A DNA stretch of 63,984 nt, filler included, from a bacterium (lineage in GTDB: Bacteria > UBA9089 > CG2-30-40-21 > SBAY01): assembly GCA_040757115.1 (NCBI GenBank). It is 14 parts of 14 records of this genome, joined end to end, with 100 filler letters (N's around TTAATTAATTAA, not from the genome) between each part and the next. Parts side by side here need not be neighbours in the genome. Positions count along the whole stretch, not along the records: positions 28,394 to 32,811 come from JBFLYA010000286.1; positions 32,912 to 37,325 come from JBFLYA010000287.1; positions 37,426 to 41,835 come from JBFLYA010000288.1; 11 more parts are not named here. One strand, written 5' to 3'. Shown here in pieces: positions 29,777 to 40,665 of the stretch (positions within the stretch are counted from its first letter, which is position 1; every line of letters starts with the position of its first letter). The notes under the pieces were generated by a model. That model was not told the DNA's origin. It saw only the letters and a list, made by a program, of their open reading frames with translations, and made no database searches. The position numbers and the translations under genes were made by a program.

Positions 29777-31072
29777 ATGAGTAATAATTCTTTTAGCCAG
29801 GAAAATGGATTAAAGTTGCTTTTTCGAGCATTTCGTTATAGAAATTACAGTCTTTTTTTCGCCGGTCAAAGTATCTCCCTGATTGGCATCTGGATGCAGG
29901 GAATAGCGATGAGTTGGTTGGTCTATCGCCTAACTAATTCAGCCTTGTTATTGGGATTAGTGGGTTTTGCCGGTCAAATTCCTACCTTGCTTTTTGGTTT
30001 TATCGCTGGGGTATTGGTTGACAGATATAGCCGCCATCACATCTTGATAGTAACTCAAATCCTGTCTATGATTCAGGCTTTAATGCTGGCGTTTCTTGTT
30101 CTAACAGGAAATATCCAGATTTGGCAGATAATAGGCTTATGTATATTTATTGGTTTGGTCAATGCCTTTGATATGCCCGCCCGACAGGCGTTTACAGTTG
30201 AATTAGTTGAAAAAAAAGAGGATTTAGGGAATGCCATTGCCTTAAATTCTTCAATGTTTAATCTCGCCCGATTGGTAGGACCATCTATAGCTGGTGTGCT
30301 CATTGTTTATAGTGGTGAAGGGATATGCTTTTTTATTAACGCTATAACTTATCTCGGGGTAATTGCTTCACTCTTCATGTTAAAGATTAAACCCAAAGAG
30401 ACGAAAATAGAAACCTCACATATTGGACAAGAAATGAAAGAAGGGTTTAATTATGTCTTTGGATTTGCACCTATCAAGTGCATTATTTTACTCCTTGGAT
30501 TAATGAGTTTAATTGGGATGTCTTATGTAGTGCTGATGCCTATTTTTGCCAAAGATATTCTTCAAGGAGGACCTCAAACACTGGGTTTTCTGATGGCGGC
30601 TTCAGGGATAGGTGCTTTGTTAGGTGGTATTTATCTTGCCTCTCGAAAAAGTGTTCTTGGGCTAAAGAAGATTATTCCCCTATCAACTACCATCTTTGGT
30701 CTTGGAATTATTGCCTTTTCACAATCCAAAGTTCTATGGTTATCGCTGATATTAATGTTAGTATCTGGTTTTGGAATGATGTTGCAAATGGCATCGGCTA
30801 ACACCATTATTCAGACTATTGTTGATGATGATAAGCGGGGACGCGTTATGGCTGTTTATACCATAGCCTTTATGGGGATGTTACCTTTTGGCAGTTTATT
30901 AGCCGGTGGATTAGGCAGTAAAATAGGTGCTTCCAATACACTATTGATAAGTGGAGTCTCTTGTATTTTAGGAGCATTCTTCTTTGCCAGAAAACTTCCT
31001 CTGATGAAGGAAATGGTTCAACCAATATATGTTCGAATGGGTATTATCCCAGAGTATACCCAAATAAATTGA
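29777..31072 (+). CDS. MFS transporter (H+ antiporter-3/DUF894-like)
   Basis: About 12 hydrophobic helices, GVLVDRYSR, FDMPARQ, RGRV. Confidence 0.9.
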   Translation: MSNNSFSQENGLKLLFRAFRYRNYSLFFAGQSISLIGIWMQGIAMSWLVYRLTNSALLLGLVGFAGQIPTLLFGFIAGVLVDRYSRHHILIVTQILSMIQALMLAFLVLTGNIQIWQIIGLCIFIGLVNAFDMPARQAFTVELVEKKEDLGNAIALNSSMFNLARLVGPSIAGVLIVYSGEGICFFINAITYLGVIASLFMLKIKPKETKIETSHIGQEMKEGFNYVFGFAPIKCIILLLGLMSLIGMSYVVLMPIFAKDILQGGPQTLGFLMAASGIGALLGGIYLASRKSVLGLKKIIPLSTTIFGLGIIAFSQSKVLWLSLILMLVSGFGMMLQMASANTIIQTIVDDDKRGRVMAVYTIAFMGMLPFGSLLAGGLGSKIGASNTLLISGVSCILGAFFFARKLPLMKEMVQPIYVRMGIIPEYTQIN

Positions 31073-31571
31073 GTTTGCAAATATTTTGCTCTAAAAAGGG
31101 AGCAAGGATTCGAGGAGTCAAGGATTCAAGGGAGGTAAAAAATAAGGTGTTCACTCGACCCCCTGGATTCCTTGCCCCCTTGAATCCTTTCAAGAAAGTT
31201 TTTGCAAACCTGTTTTCTTTGAGTATAGCATCAGGAATACAAATATCTACAGAATTAACTGTTCCACCGGAGGATTAGGGATTGGAGATTAGAGATTGGT
31301 AAAGACCCCTTTTGGTCTGTGCTCAGGTAATCGTTCACCAGAGAGATTTTTTTATCACACAAGCACGGAAGTTTGGGAACACGGAATTTTTTATATCTTT
31401 TTCGTGTTTTGGTCATTGGAATTTATTTGTAATTTGGAATTTGTGATTTGGAATTTTGCAATGGACTCCGCTCTCCAGTATGACCATATTTGTCCAGTAA
31501 AACTTGTGGAACAGGTTAAAAAATTAAAGAGATGGAATGAATTTGTCGATATTAATGGTAGCAATACTATT

Positions 31572-32042
31572 ATGATTCCTATAACTATTTCACCAATGAA
31601 AGAAGAAGACATCAATCAAGTGTTAGAGATAGAAAATCTATCATTCCTTAACCCCTGGAGCCAAAGATTGTATCTGTCGGAAGTCAGGGAAAGAGATGAC
31701 TCTTACTTTATAGTGGCTAAACTTGACCAGAGAATAATTGGCTATGGCGGATTCTGGCTGGTAGTAGATGAGGCGCATCTGGTGAATATAGCCATCCATC
31801 CTGATTTCCGAAGGCAGGGTATCGGAACACAAATAATGAAATATCTGCTTAATTTAGCTCGACAATTAGGGGCTAAAAGAGCAACATTAGAAGTCCGAGC
31901 ATCTAACACAGCGGCTCTTGAATTTTATGCTAAATTTGGATTCATTGCCGTTGCTTTACGCAAAGAGTATTATGCAGATACCAAAGAAGATGCTGTGATT
32001 ATGTGGCAAAATGAATTATGGAGTTTGGAATTAAACGCCTGA
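31572..32042 (+). CDS. rimI: Ribosomal protein alanine N-acetyltransferase
   Basis: IENLSFLNPWS, NIAIHPDFRRQGIG, LEVRASN, RKEYY..EDA; the 5' extension in the ORF track runs through repeats. Confidence 0.9.
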   Translation: MIPITISPMKEEDINQVLEIENLSFLNPWSQRLYLSEVRERDDSYFIVAKLDQRIIGYGGFWLVVDEAHLVNIAIHPDFRRQGIGTQIMKYLLNLARQLGAKRATLEVRASNTAALEFYAKFGFIAVALRKEYYADTKEDAVIMWQNELWSLELNA

Positions 32043-32048
32043 AACTGG

Positions 32049-32651
32049 CTACACTGACCATTTTACTGCTTGATAATTACCTGATTTTATCGCATTAATC
32101 AATTCCTCTTCACTTTTAATATTAGCCTCAAACATCGTTGCATATTTTCCCACCTGAGTTAAGGTATGGGCGTCACTTCCACCTACACTGGCGAGTCCTA
32201 ATTTAATACTGGCTAACCAGGCAATTATGTTCATCTCTTGTGTACAATTACCATTTAATATTTCTATAGCATCAAAACCTGAAATCTCATATATCTTATT
32301 AGCCAGGCAGGGTACCCCTCTTCTAAAAGGATGTACCGGGATGACGACACCCCCTTTTTCGTGCACCATAGAAATTAAATCGACTACATAAATATCTCTC
32401 TTTATTTCATCTATGTTTTTGGAAAAGACGAGAACATGCCCTTCTTTTGTCGAAACCTCTATGCCCCCAAAAACCTTAATTCCTTGTTCCTCTCCTATTT
32501 TTTTGGATTGCCATATTCCATCAATACTATCATGGTCGGTGATGCAGATACCATCTAATTTTATCCTTTTAGCGTAATTAATAAGTTCATTAATATCAAT
32601 CACACTGCAATGCGAACCAATCAAGGTATGTATATGCAAATCAATAATCAT
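32049..32651 (-). CDS. PHP-domain phosphoesterase
   Basis: DLHIHT, ITDHD, GIEVST..GH, HPFR, GGSDAH. Confidence 0.9.
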   Translation of the reverse strand: MIIDLHIHTLIGSHCSVIDINELINYAKRIKLDGICITDHDSIDGIWQSKKIGEEQGIKVFGGIEVSTKEGHVLVFSKNIDEIKRDIYVVDLISMVHEKGGVVIPVHPFRRGVPCLANKIYEISGFDAIEILNGNCTQEMNIIAWLASIKLGLASVGGSDAHTLTQVGKYATMFEANIKSEEELINAIKSGNYQAVKWSV

Positions 32652-33046
32652 TTTTGTAACTATTCTCCAATCCTCACAAGAGATTCTGGGTGGTGTCTGA
32701 AAATAACTCTAATAGTGAAATCTATGCAGATTTGGTGTCCAAAAGGGATTTCCTCCAAAGAGCAAAATGCAAAAAGCAAATATAAAAATTACATATCAAA
32801 ATGTAAAATTANNNNNNNNNNNNNNNNNNNNNNNNNNNNNNNNNNNNNNNNNNNNTTAATTAATTAANNNNNNNNNNNNNNNNNNNNNNNNNNNNNNNNN
32901 NNNNNNNNNNNGAAAACAACAAATTTCCATAAATTTCTATTAGTTTCTATTAATTTCAATTTTTTTAATAATATCTCCCTATCTCCTTAATCTCCACATC
33001 TCCTTTTGTTACACCACCTGAACGCTTACGAAAAGGAGGTTTTACA

Positions 33047-34318
33047 ATGAGAATTTATAAGAAGAGTCTCCTCGGGTTCATATTATTATTTCTGGCTGGA
33101 ACAGCGTCAGCCACTATTCCCAAAAATGTCCAGATAACTAATGTTACGGATAACCAATTTATTATCTCATGGATTACTGATGTCAATGAAATTGGATATA
33201 TTATGTGGGGGACAAATACTGGTTCATTAAGTGAAAGGGCATTGGATATTCGAGATACGGAAACTCCAACAATCCAGGATGATACCCATTATGTAAAAGT
33301 GATGAGCAATTCAACAATAACTATTGGAGCGACAACTACTTATTACTACCAAATTATCTCAGGCACACAAACCTCTGGTGTGGGTTCTGTTACCACAGGT
33401 GTTGAGAAGACATCTGGAACAAAGCCTGGGGTATATGGCTATGTCTATAAATGGGGACCTAATCCAGCCACGGGGACTATTGTTTATCTTATGATTCAAG
33501 ATGCTGATGGAACTCTTACTTTGGGCACTTCTGCCCTTTACTCAGAATTAATCCTTTCACCAGACGGTGGATGGGCTGCCTTGCCGGCTAATTTTAGAAT
33601 CCCTGACTTAAGTGACTTTTTCAATTACTCGGATAATGATAACCTCTGGATATACGCTGAAGGGGCAAATGATGGCACAGCAACTCTGACCTTAAAGATA
33701 GGGAACTCAAGTCCAACTCCGGATATTATCATCCCTCCTGATACCACACCACCAGGCACGCCAACAGTAACAGACGATGGTATTTATTCTACCCGACTTT
33801 ATGCTACCTGGCAAGCACAAGACCTACAATCAGGAATTATCGAATATATGGTTGCTATTGGCACAACTCAAGGAGGAACAGATACACTTGATTGGAAATC
33901 GGTTGGAACTGAAACTGAATTTATAGGAATCGGCACACAAGGTCTCACTTATTATTTTAGGGTGAAGGCAAAAGATAGAGTTGGATTGTGGAGTCCTATT
34001 GGTTATAGTAATGGGGTAACAATTGTGGGACCATCTCTTCATCTTCCTGCTAAAATCCCTGTTTATCCTAATCCATTTATACCCAGTAAGCATAATTCCA
34101 TTACCTTTGGTGGAATAAATGAAGGTAGATTGACAAAAGAGGTTACCATTAAAATATTTACGATTGCCGGGGAATTGGTTGATAAGATTGAACGCACTGA
34201 CTGTAATGGCCAGATTCAGTGGACACCTTCGCATAATTTAGCCTCTGGAATTTATATCTATTTAATCACCAACCCCCAAGGAGAACAAGCAAAAGGTAAA
34301 TTAGGAATAATCAGATAA
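33047..34318 (+). CDS. Secreted Fn3/Ig-like protein with T9SS-like C-terminal domain
   Basis: Signal peptide; YYFRVKAKD Fn3 motif; VYPNP..IFTIAGELV..LASGIYIY..GKLGIIR. Confidence 0.75.
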   Translation: MRIYKKSLLGFILLFLAGTASATIPKNVQITNVTDNQFIISWITDVNEIGYIMWGTNTGSLSERALDIRDTETPTIQDDTHYVKVMSNSTITIGATTTYYYQIISGTQTSGVGSVTTGVEKTSGTKPGVYGYVYKWGPNPATGTIVYLMIQDADGTLTLGTSALYSELILSPDGGWAALPANFRIPDLSDFFNYSDNDNLWIYAEGANDGTATLTLKIGNSSPTPDIIIPPDTTPPGTPTVTDDGIYSTRLYATWQAQDLQSGIIEYMVAIGTTQGGTDTLDWKSVGTETEFIGIGTQGLTYYFRVKAKDRVGLWSPIGYSNGVTIVGPSLHLPAKIPVYPNPFIPSKHNSITFGGINEGRLTKEVTIKIFTIAGELVDKIERTDCNGQIQWTPSHNLASGIYIYLITNPQGEQAKGKLGIIR

Positions 34319-34336
34319 AATTTCAAGGAGGTTAAA

Positions 34337-36223
34337 ATGAAGTTTTTTAAAATTATTGTTTTAGTCAGTATAATTTCTATAATGCCGTATGGAGTAATTG
34401 CTGAAGAAAAGGATGATGCCCTGGTTATTCTTTCCAGCGAAAATATTATGGCAATGGAAGAGGCAGTAAGTTTTATAGAGGGAAAAGGTGGCAGGATAGT
34501 TCATATCTTCCCAACTCATATCCTGATTGGAGATATCCCGAAAGAAATTATGCCAGATTTAGTAAGTCAGAAAGGAATTTTATCTATTCACTATGACCTT
34601 GTAGACACAGCATTAGTAGAAAAATATGGTAAGATGGCTGTGTATGCAGTAGAGGGATGGAATAGAAATTATGTCTTACCTCCCGCACCAAAAGTAAAAG
34701 AAGTTAAAGAATTTGCTCCACTTATAAATGATGTTCTGATTCCTCCTATTTCTGCACAAAAAGTTCCTCCTTCAATTAGACTGCCATTAAGAGAACGTCC
34801 TTATGGAGCCCAGTGGCAAGATACATCAGAATATATGATTGGAAGAATTATGGTGATTATAATTCTTCCTGAAAGTAATGGTACCATAGGTACAGAGACA
34901 GAAAATTGGACACCTGATGAGGAAAGTAATGTTATTGGTGAAATACAAAATGGTATGAATTGGTGGGCAAACAGAGAAACAAAAGCAGGCTTACAATTTG
35001 CTTATAAAACTTTTTTACCATCTGTAAATCCCACCATAGTTTCTACAGGTTATGAACCTATTACCAAACCAGGAGGAAATCCTGGACAGGGCGGAGAAGA
35101 GGGAGATTGGATTCTTGAGATTATGAATAATATTGGAGTAGATGGAATTACCTATTTTGATAAGGTAAGAGAACATAATGATAAAATTCGAGCTGAATTT
35201 AAAGCTGATTGGTGCTTTACCATCTTTGTAGTAGATTCAAGTGTTGATGATGATGGTGAATTTAGTAATGGATATTTTGCTTATGCCTATCTTGGTGGTC
35301 CATTTATGGTTATGACTTATAAGAATAGTAATTATGGAATTGGTAATATGGATGCTGTTTGTGCCCATGAGACAGGACATATATTTTATGCCTTAGATGA
35401 ATATCCTGGGGCAAGTTCTCCAGATGAGTATACAGGATACCTATGGGTCAAAAATGAAAATCATATGGACGGTGGAAGTACCAACGAACCTTGCATTATG
35501 CGTGGTCAGGTTACCCCTTTTACAAATGGAAATGTATGCCACTGCACACGAGGACAAATAGGAATTTGGGATAATAATAGTAATGGTATTTTGGACATCC
35601 TCGATACAGGAGAACTTATTTTAAGTGATCCTATAGGAACTACTACTTTAAATTATAAAGGGACAATAACTGTTCTTCCTCCTCTTATAAATAATAATCC
35701 ATACATCAATACACCACATCATACACCTCCAGGAAATAATATAACTGTCTCTGCAATAGCCAATATTCAATATAAAGTAGACCAGGGTAATTGGATAGAT
35801 ATAGAAAACATTCAAGTTTTAGAAAATCATGCTCATAATGGCACACTAACCGCACGATTTGAATTTACTACCCCACGTCTTGTGGGGAATTATCATTCTA
35901 TATTAGTTCGAGCGATAAATTCAATTGGGTATCCAAATCAAGCGTATTATGCAATTGATATTATTGATAATCTTACCCAAATAGTTGTTTATCCCAATCC
36001 ATTCTATTCAAAAGATAAACAAATTACTTTTGTTCATTTACCAGATAACTCAATTGTCAAAATCTTTACCATTGCAGGAGAACTGGTTACTACAATTACT
36101 GGTGATAATGTTACTGGCGAGGCAACATGGCAACCTACTGGTATTGCCAGCGGTATCTATCTTTATGTGGTAGAAAGTGAAGGAGTGGTAGTATGGAAGG
36201 GTAAATTAGGCATCTTGCGATAG
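34337..36223 (+). CDS. Secreted zinc metalloprotease with T9SS-like C-terminal domain
   Basis: Signal peptide; HETGHIFYALDEY, CIM Met-turn; VYPNP..IFTIAGELV..ASGIY..GKLGILR. Confidence 0.8.
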   Translation: MKFFKIIVLVSIISIMPYGVIAEEKDDALVILSSENIMAMEEAVSFIEGKGGRIVHIFPTHILIGDIPKEIMPDLVSQKGILSIHYDLVDTALVEKYGKMAVYAVEGWNRNYVLPPAPKVKEVKEFAPLINDVLIPPISAQKVPPSIRLPLRERPYGAQWQDTSEYMIGRIMVIIILPESNGTIGTETENWTPDEESNVIGEIQNGMNWWANRETKAGLQFAYKTFLPSVNPTIVSTGYEPITKPGGNPGQGGEEGDWILEIMNNIGVDGITYFDKVREHNDKIRAEFKADWCFTIFVVDSSVDDDGEFSNGYFAYAYLGGPFMVMTYKNSNYGIGNMDAVCAHETGHIFYALDEYPGASSPDEYTGYLWVKNENHMDGGSTNEPCIMRGQVTPFTNGNVCHCTRGQIGIWDNNSNGILDILDTGELILSDPIGTTTLNYKGTITVLPPLINNNPYINTPHHTPPGNNITVSAIANIQYKVDQGNWIDIENIQVLENHAHNGTLTARFEFTTPRLVGNYHSILVRAINSIGYPNQAYYAIDIIDNLTQIVVYPNPFYSKDKQITFVHLPDNSIVKIFTIAGELVTTITGDNVTGEATWQPTGIASGIYLYVVESEGVVVWKGKLGILR

Positions 36224-36239
36224 GCTTAGGAGATAGAAT

Positions 36240-36850
36240 GTGGATATTAAAAGAATAAGGGAAAAAGTTCGATTAGGTCTTTATGAAGTATCTAAACATG
36301 CTGAAGTTGAAAGACGAAAAGATGGATTAGAGATTAAAAATATAAAAACCTCTATATTTAATGGGAAAATAATTGAAACTTATCCTGATGACCCAAGAAA
36401 TCCAGGTTGTTTAATCTTTGGAGTTGATGAAAGTAACCGTTCAGGTGGTAATTTACCGCAGAGACGCAGAGGAACAGAGAAGATATGGAAATAAATCAGA
36501 TAACAGAAAAGATTATTGGTGTAGCCATTGAAATACATAGGACCTGCTTGCCGAATGTTCAGCCGGCAAGCCAGATTTGTTAATCCATCCCTGATTTTCA
36601 TCAGGGCAAGTTTAATGTTGTTGGACTCAAGAGCTTGCACTGATGAAAATCAGGGATGTTAAGCCTATCGTCCATAAATTTTAATTTTCTTCTCTGCGTC
36701 TCTGTGTCTCTGCGGTGAACGGTTACTGATGAAAATGGAATCCCTATTCACTCGTTATGTGCTTTCTTAAAGAGTGGAAAGATTCGGATATGCACTGTTT
36801 ATATCCCTGATGAGGATAAATGGATAAATTATCAAATAAGAAAAAGGTGA
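36240..36850 (+). pseudogene. DUF4258-family toxin gene split by a MITE
   Basis: Removing 36433-36726 plus one tgatgaaa restores ..YPDDPRNPGCLIFGVDENGIPIHSLCAF..CTVYIPDEDKWINYQIRKR*. Confidence 0.85.
36433..36726. mobile_element. MITE, family A, with GxxExxY gene remnant and perfect 8-bp TSD
   Basis: TIR GTAACCGTTCA; tgatgaaa at 36425-36432 and 36727-36734; MEINQITEKIIGVAIEIHRT at 36485; palindrome at 36586-36658. Confidence 0.88.
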
Positions 36851-36856
36851 TAAAAC

Positions 36857-37108
36857 ATGGTAAAAGAATATGATAATTGCTCATTTTGTGGAGGAAAGGT
36901 AATTCCTCAAAAAGTAAAAGTTGATTATTGGTGGAAAGGAGAGTTGACAATCATTGAGAATGTTCCGGCGGGAGTTTGTCAACAGTGCGGTGAAGAATAT
37001 TATGAGGGTAAAATAGTGGAGGATATGGAACGATTAGTTGAATCCAAAAAGATTATAAAAACTATTCCTGTCAAAGTAAAAGATTATAGAGAGGCTATTG
37101 TAGTATAA
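36857..37108 (+). CDS. YgiT-type zinc finger (MqsA-like antitoxin)
   Basis: CSFCGG...IENVPAGVCQQCGEEYY; follows the DUF4258 gene. Confidence 0.85.
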   Translation: MVKEYDNCSFCGGKVIPQKVKVDYWWKGELTIIENVPAGVCQQCGEEYYEGKIVEDMERLVESKKIIKTIPVKVKDYREAIVV

Positions 37109-37648
37109 TACTGAATGCTTCCGAAAAAAGGGTGGTGTCTTAATCTAGTGTCGTGTTGAACAAATAACGCACGGAATTTGATTCTGGTAACTGGTGATTG
37201 GTAACTGGTGATTGGTAACTGGTAATTAAATACCGTTCGGCTAGCTGGGAGGCAATTAGAGGCATCCCACTCATAATAAAAGATGAGCGACTTTATTTAA
37301 ACTTTCTCTTAGAAGTTTCATGGGANNNNNNNNNNNNNNNNNNNNNNNNNNNNNNNNNNNNNNNNNNNNTTAATTAATTAANNNNNNNNNNNNNNNNNNN
37401 NNNNNNNNNNNNNNNNNNNNNNNNNAATTCTTTTATTCTTATTTTTGATTTTTAATATTTAATATTTGATTTTTTTTATTGCCTTACAAGTATTTTTGCA
37501 TTTTGCTTTGTCCTTTTGATTTGGACATTTTGATATTTGCATTAAACTCCTTGTGGAATATTTCGCACCGGTATCCTATTGTTTAACAAAGAGTTACGCC
37601 TCAAATCTCTTTAATGTATAAAAAACCTCAGATTTTCAGCCTGTAAAA

Positions 37649-39772
37649 TTATCTAATTGCACTTAACATCTTAAGTGCATAGGTATTGTTTGGGTCAAAG
37701 GTTAAGACCTCTTTAAATTCCTTTTGAGCATTTATCTTTTTGCCTAATTTATAATAGATAGAGCCTAAATTACGATGTGCATCAATATTTATAGGAGATA
37801 AGTCAATAATAGCTTGGTAGTGAGAAATTGCCTTTTTAAAATCCCCTTGATTGTAATAAATCCATGCCAGTCGATTATGTGTATCTATAAGTTTATCTCC
37901 TTGAGGAGCCAATTTAATTATCCTCTTTAATATCTTTTTACACTCTTCAATGTTTTTCATTTCTAAACAGACCGTAACAAGATTATCCAAAAAGATTGTA
38001 GATGTTGGATTAAATTTAGCTGCAAGTTCAAATTCTTTCTTAGCCTGATTAAGTTCTTTTGATTTGGCATACAAAATTCCTAAGTTATTATGTACATCCG
38101 CCCAGCATGGACTTAATTCTCGGGCTTTTTGGTAAGCATTAATTATCTCTGGTATATCCTTTTCATTGTGTTCAAGAGTCCTTGCCAACAAATACCATGA
38201 ATTACTATCTTCTGGTGCTAAAGATGAAGTCTCTTTTGCAAGGATTAGTGCCTTTTTTGCATAGGATTTATCCAAATCCAGATAGGTTAGTATGAGTTCA
38301 AAGCGATACTCTTTTTCAATAGGATTAAGTTTAATAGCCTGCTCATATTTAGGAATACTCTCTTTACTAAATCCACCTCTTTTTAACCCAATTGCCTGTT
38401 GAAAATTAACATCCGCTAAATAAGCTCTAATAATAAAAGTTAGTAAAAATAACACTAAGATTGTACTAAATCCAATAATAATTTTGTTTAATTTATTAAT
38501 TTTGCATTTTACATTTTGCATTTTACATTTATATAAGACCACCATCATCCCCATTAATATAAAGAAAAGGTGTGTGATAGAAATCATACTAAGATTAAAT
38601 AGAGCTTGAGTAAGATACCCTGTCCAGGCAGATAAAATACCTATTGCGATAGATTTTGACTGTTTATCTTTAATAATCTTACATGCCATTATTATAAAAG
38701 TGATTAATAGCCATAAATATATCACTAATCCAATTATTCCTTTTTCTACTACTACATCTAAAAACTCATTATGGGATTTATCAGCGGTTATTCGTGCTCC
38801 TTTATAAGCAACTACTAATCTTATCGGGGCATATTGTTGGAAGACTAAACTCATTGACTCCTGTCCTACTCCAATTAATGGATGCTTTCTTATAATTCCC
38901 ATTGCCCCTTCCCATAGTTTAAATCGTTCTTCTTTTACACCTAAAGATGGCATTTTTGTGGTTGCAATGACCCTTTCAATCATTGACCCTTTGCCAATGC
39001 CAAAGATAAGTGTAATACCTATTAATATTATTCCTAATATAATCACTTTCACTTTATTTTGCAATATCCTTTTAACGTCAAGGACTCCAAATAAAAATAG
39101 TGCTACAAATAGTCCTAAAAATGAAGCCCTTGTTTTTGCCATTAATAAACAGGTATAGAGCAAGCATAGGCTTATAGTGGTCAGCCACTTATCTTTCCTG
39201 TCTAAATATAGACTTAATGCTAAGGGAAATACCATAATTAGATAAGCAGATAAAAATACTGGATTGCCAAAACTTGAGGTAACTCGTCCCTTTCCAAAAC
39301 CTAACGAGACAAAAAGTGGGTCTATGCCAAAATGTTGAAAAATACCATAAATAGCAGCAACTGTTCCGGCAAAGATAATTGTTTTAACTAATCTATCAAC
39401 CTGTGATATGAAATTGACAACTAAGAAAAATAGCACAACATAATTAATAGTGGTAATTAATCCATTATATCTACGATAGATACCAATTAGGCTTAACAGT
39501 GGTGAGTATGAGAATAATGTAGAAATGATGCTAATGAGGAGAAAGGCAATTATGGGTGAAAACAATGGGTTGTACGAAAACTCAATTTGTCTTTGGAGAG
39601 CTATCCTGAGCAGACAGATATAAAACATAACTAAAGACAAAAAACTCAAGATAACTACTTTGCTTAAGTCATATACAGAATGAAGATGTGTATCAAAATA
39701 TAGAGGAACTGCTAATACTAAAACTATTAGTCCTATTTCAATTATTTTGTTAGAATGTTTGATTAACTTCAT
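37649..39772 (-). CDS. O-antigen ligase/O-oligosaccharyltransferase-like membrane protein with C-terminal TPRs
   Basis: SSFGNP, TRAS, PLIGVG, HNEFL; TPR units HNNLG, HRNLG. Confidence 0.85.
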   Translation of the reverse strand: MKLIKHSNKIIEIGLIVLVLAVPLYFDTHLHSVYDLSKVVILSFLSLVMFYICLLRIALQRQIEFSYNPLFSPIIAFLLISIISTLFSYSPLLSLIGIYRRYNGLITTINYVVLFFLVVNFISQVDRLVKTIIFAGTVAAIYGIFQHFGIDPLFVSLGFGKGRVTSSFGNPVFLSAYLIMVFPLALSLYLDRKDKWLTTISLCLLYTCLLMAKTRASFLGLFVALFLFGVLDVKRILQNKVKVIILGIILIGITLIFGIGKGSMIERVIATTKMPSLGVKEERFKLWEGAMGIIRKHPLIGVGQESMSLVFQQYAPIRLVVAYKGARITADKSHNEFLDVVVEKGIIGLVIYLWLLITFIIMACKIIKDKQSKSIAIGILSAWTGYLTQALFNLSMISITHLFFILMGMMVVLYKCKMQNVKCKINKLNKIIIGFSTILVLFLLTFIIRAYLADVNFQQAIGLKRGGFSKESIPKYEQAIKLNPIEKEYRFELILTYLDLDKSYAKKALILAKETSSLAPEDSNSWYLLARTLEHNEKDIPEIINAYQKARELSPCWADVHNNLGILYAKSKELNQAKKEFELAAKFNPTSTIFLDNLVTVCLEMKNIEECKKILKRIIKLAPQGDKLIDTHNRLAWIYYNQGDFKKAISHYQAIIDLSPINIDAHRNLGSIYYKLGKKINAQKEFKEVLTFDPNNTYALKMLSAIR

Positions 39773-40207
39773 CTTATGCTAAAACTACTTTCCACAGCGA
39801 TTTTGAACCAGCAATTAATTCTGTTATTTCTCAGCAGGATTTAACAGATATAAAATCTGTTAAATCAATTTAACGACCTGTGCGGTTAGGTTAAGACTGC
39901 CAATTTGAGTTCCCCCCGCTGGCGGGGGATTAAGGGGGTGGAAATCTCTTCAATCACCATTTCAATATTCCTTGTCACATCTTCTATGTGATTTATAGCA
40001 CTTATTAATCGAAATTTGACATAGATATGGCTATCAAATTCCAAATCACAAATTCCAAATAAATTCAAATAACCAAAATTCAAAACATTACCCCCATAGT
40101 TTGTATTTAGGACTTGAAATTTGGTGTTTATTTGAGATTTGGTGCTTGGGATTTGGGATTTTTTTACTTATCACTCTGAGTAAAGTTTTGACTAATGGGA
40201 AACTATT

Positions 40208-40268
40208 GGGGTCAGACCGTGAATGTTGAATGTAAAAGGAACTGCTTTCTACATTCAAGGTCTGACCC
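40208..40268. repeat. REP-like palindrome, family G
   Basis: GGGTCAGACC.TGAATGT...ACATTCA.GGTCTGACCC; copies at 48964 and 50570; half copies before attC sites. Confidence 0.8.
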
Positions 40269-40284
40269 TAATCCCCTCCAGTTA

Positions 40285-40316
40285 CCCCCGCCGTCCGCTG
40301 CAACGACTGGTTAGGC
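40285..40316 (-). repeat. Half attC site cut off next to a family G repeat
   Basis: Minus strand GCCTAACCAGTCGTTGCAGCGGACGGCGGGGG matches the left arm of 18333. Confidence 0.75.
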
Positions 40317-40407
40317 AAAAGTTCCACTTCGCCATCTTTTTCCTTTTCTTCTTATTGCTGTATCCCATAATCAACGTCTGCTTCCCCAACTCACACTCAT
40401 GTTGACT

Positions 40408-40665
40408 CTATTCATAATGATACCTACATGAAATAATCACAAGAGTATCGTGTTCAACCTTGTACACCAATCGGTGTTCGTCCGTGATTCTTCGCGACTA
40501 ACATCCTCGCAAATCCCGTTTTAATGGTTCGGGTTTCCCAATTCCTTTAAACGGGGTGCGGTTGGCATCTTTAATCAAATCATTCACGCGTTTCAATAAT
40601 TGGGGTTGATACTGTTGAAGCCAGAGATAATCTTCCCATCCAGCATCAGTAAATGTCAGTCTCAT
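40408..40665 (-). pseudogene. yoeB: Txe/YoeB toxin with an internal TAG
   Basis: [34 protein letters not shown]; TAG at 40498-40500 replaces the conserved Trp. Confidence 0.88.

Noticed and set aside
40498-40500. TAG recoding or readthrough in yoeB
   Set aside because: TAG ends other genes normally here (e.g. 36223, 47990, 59452); a TGG-to-TAG nonsense change is simpler
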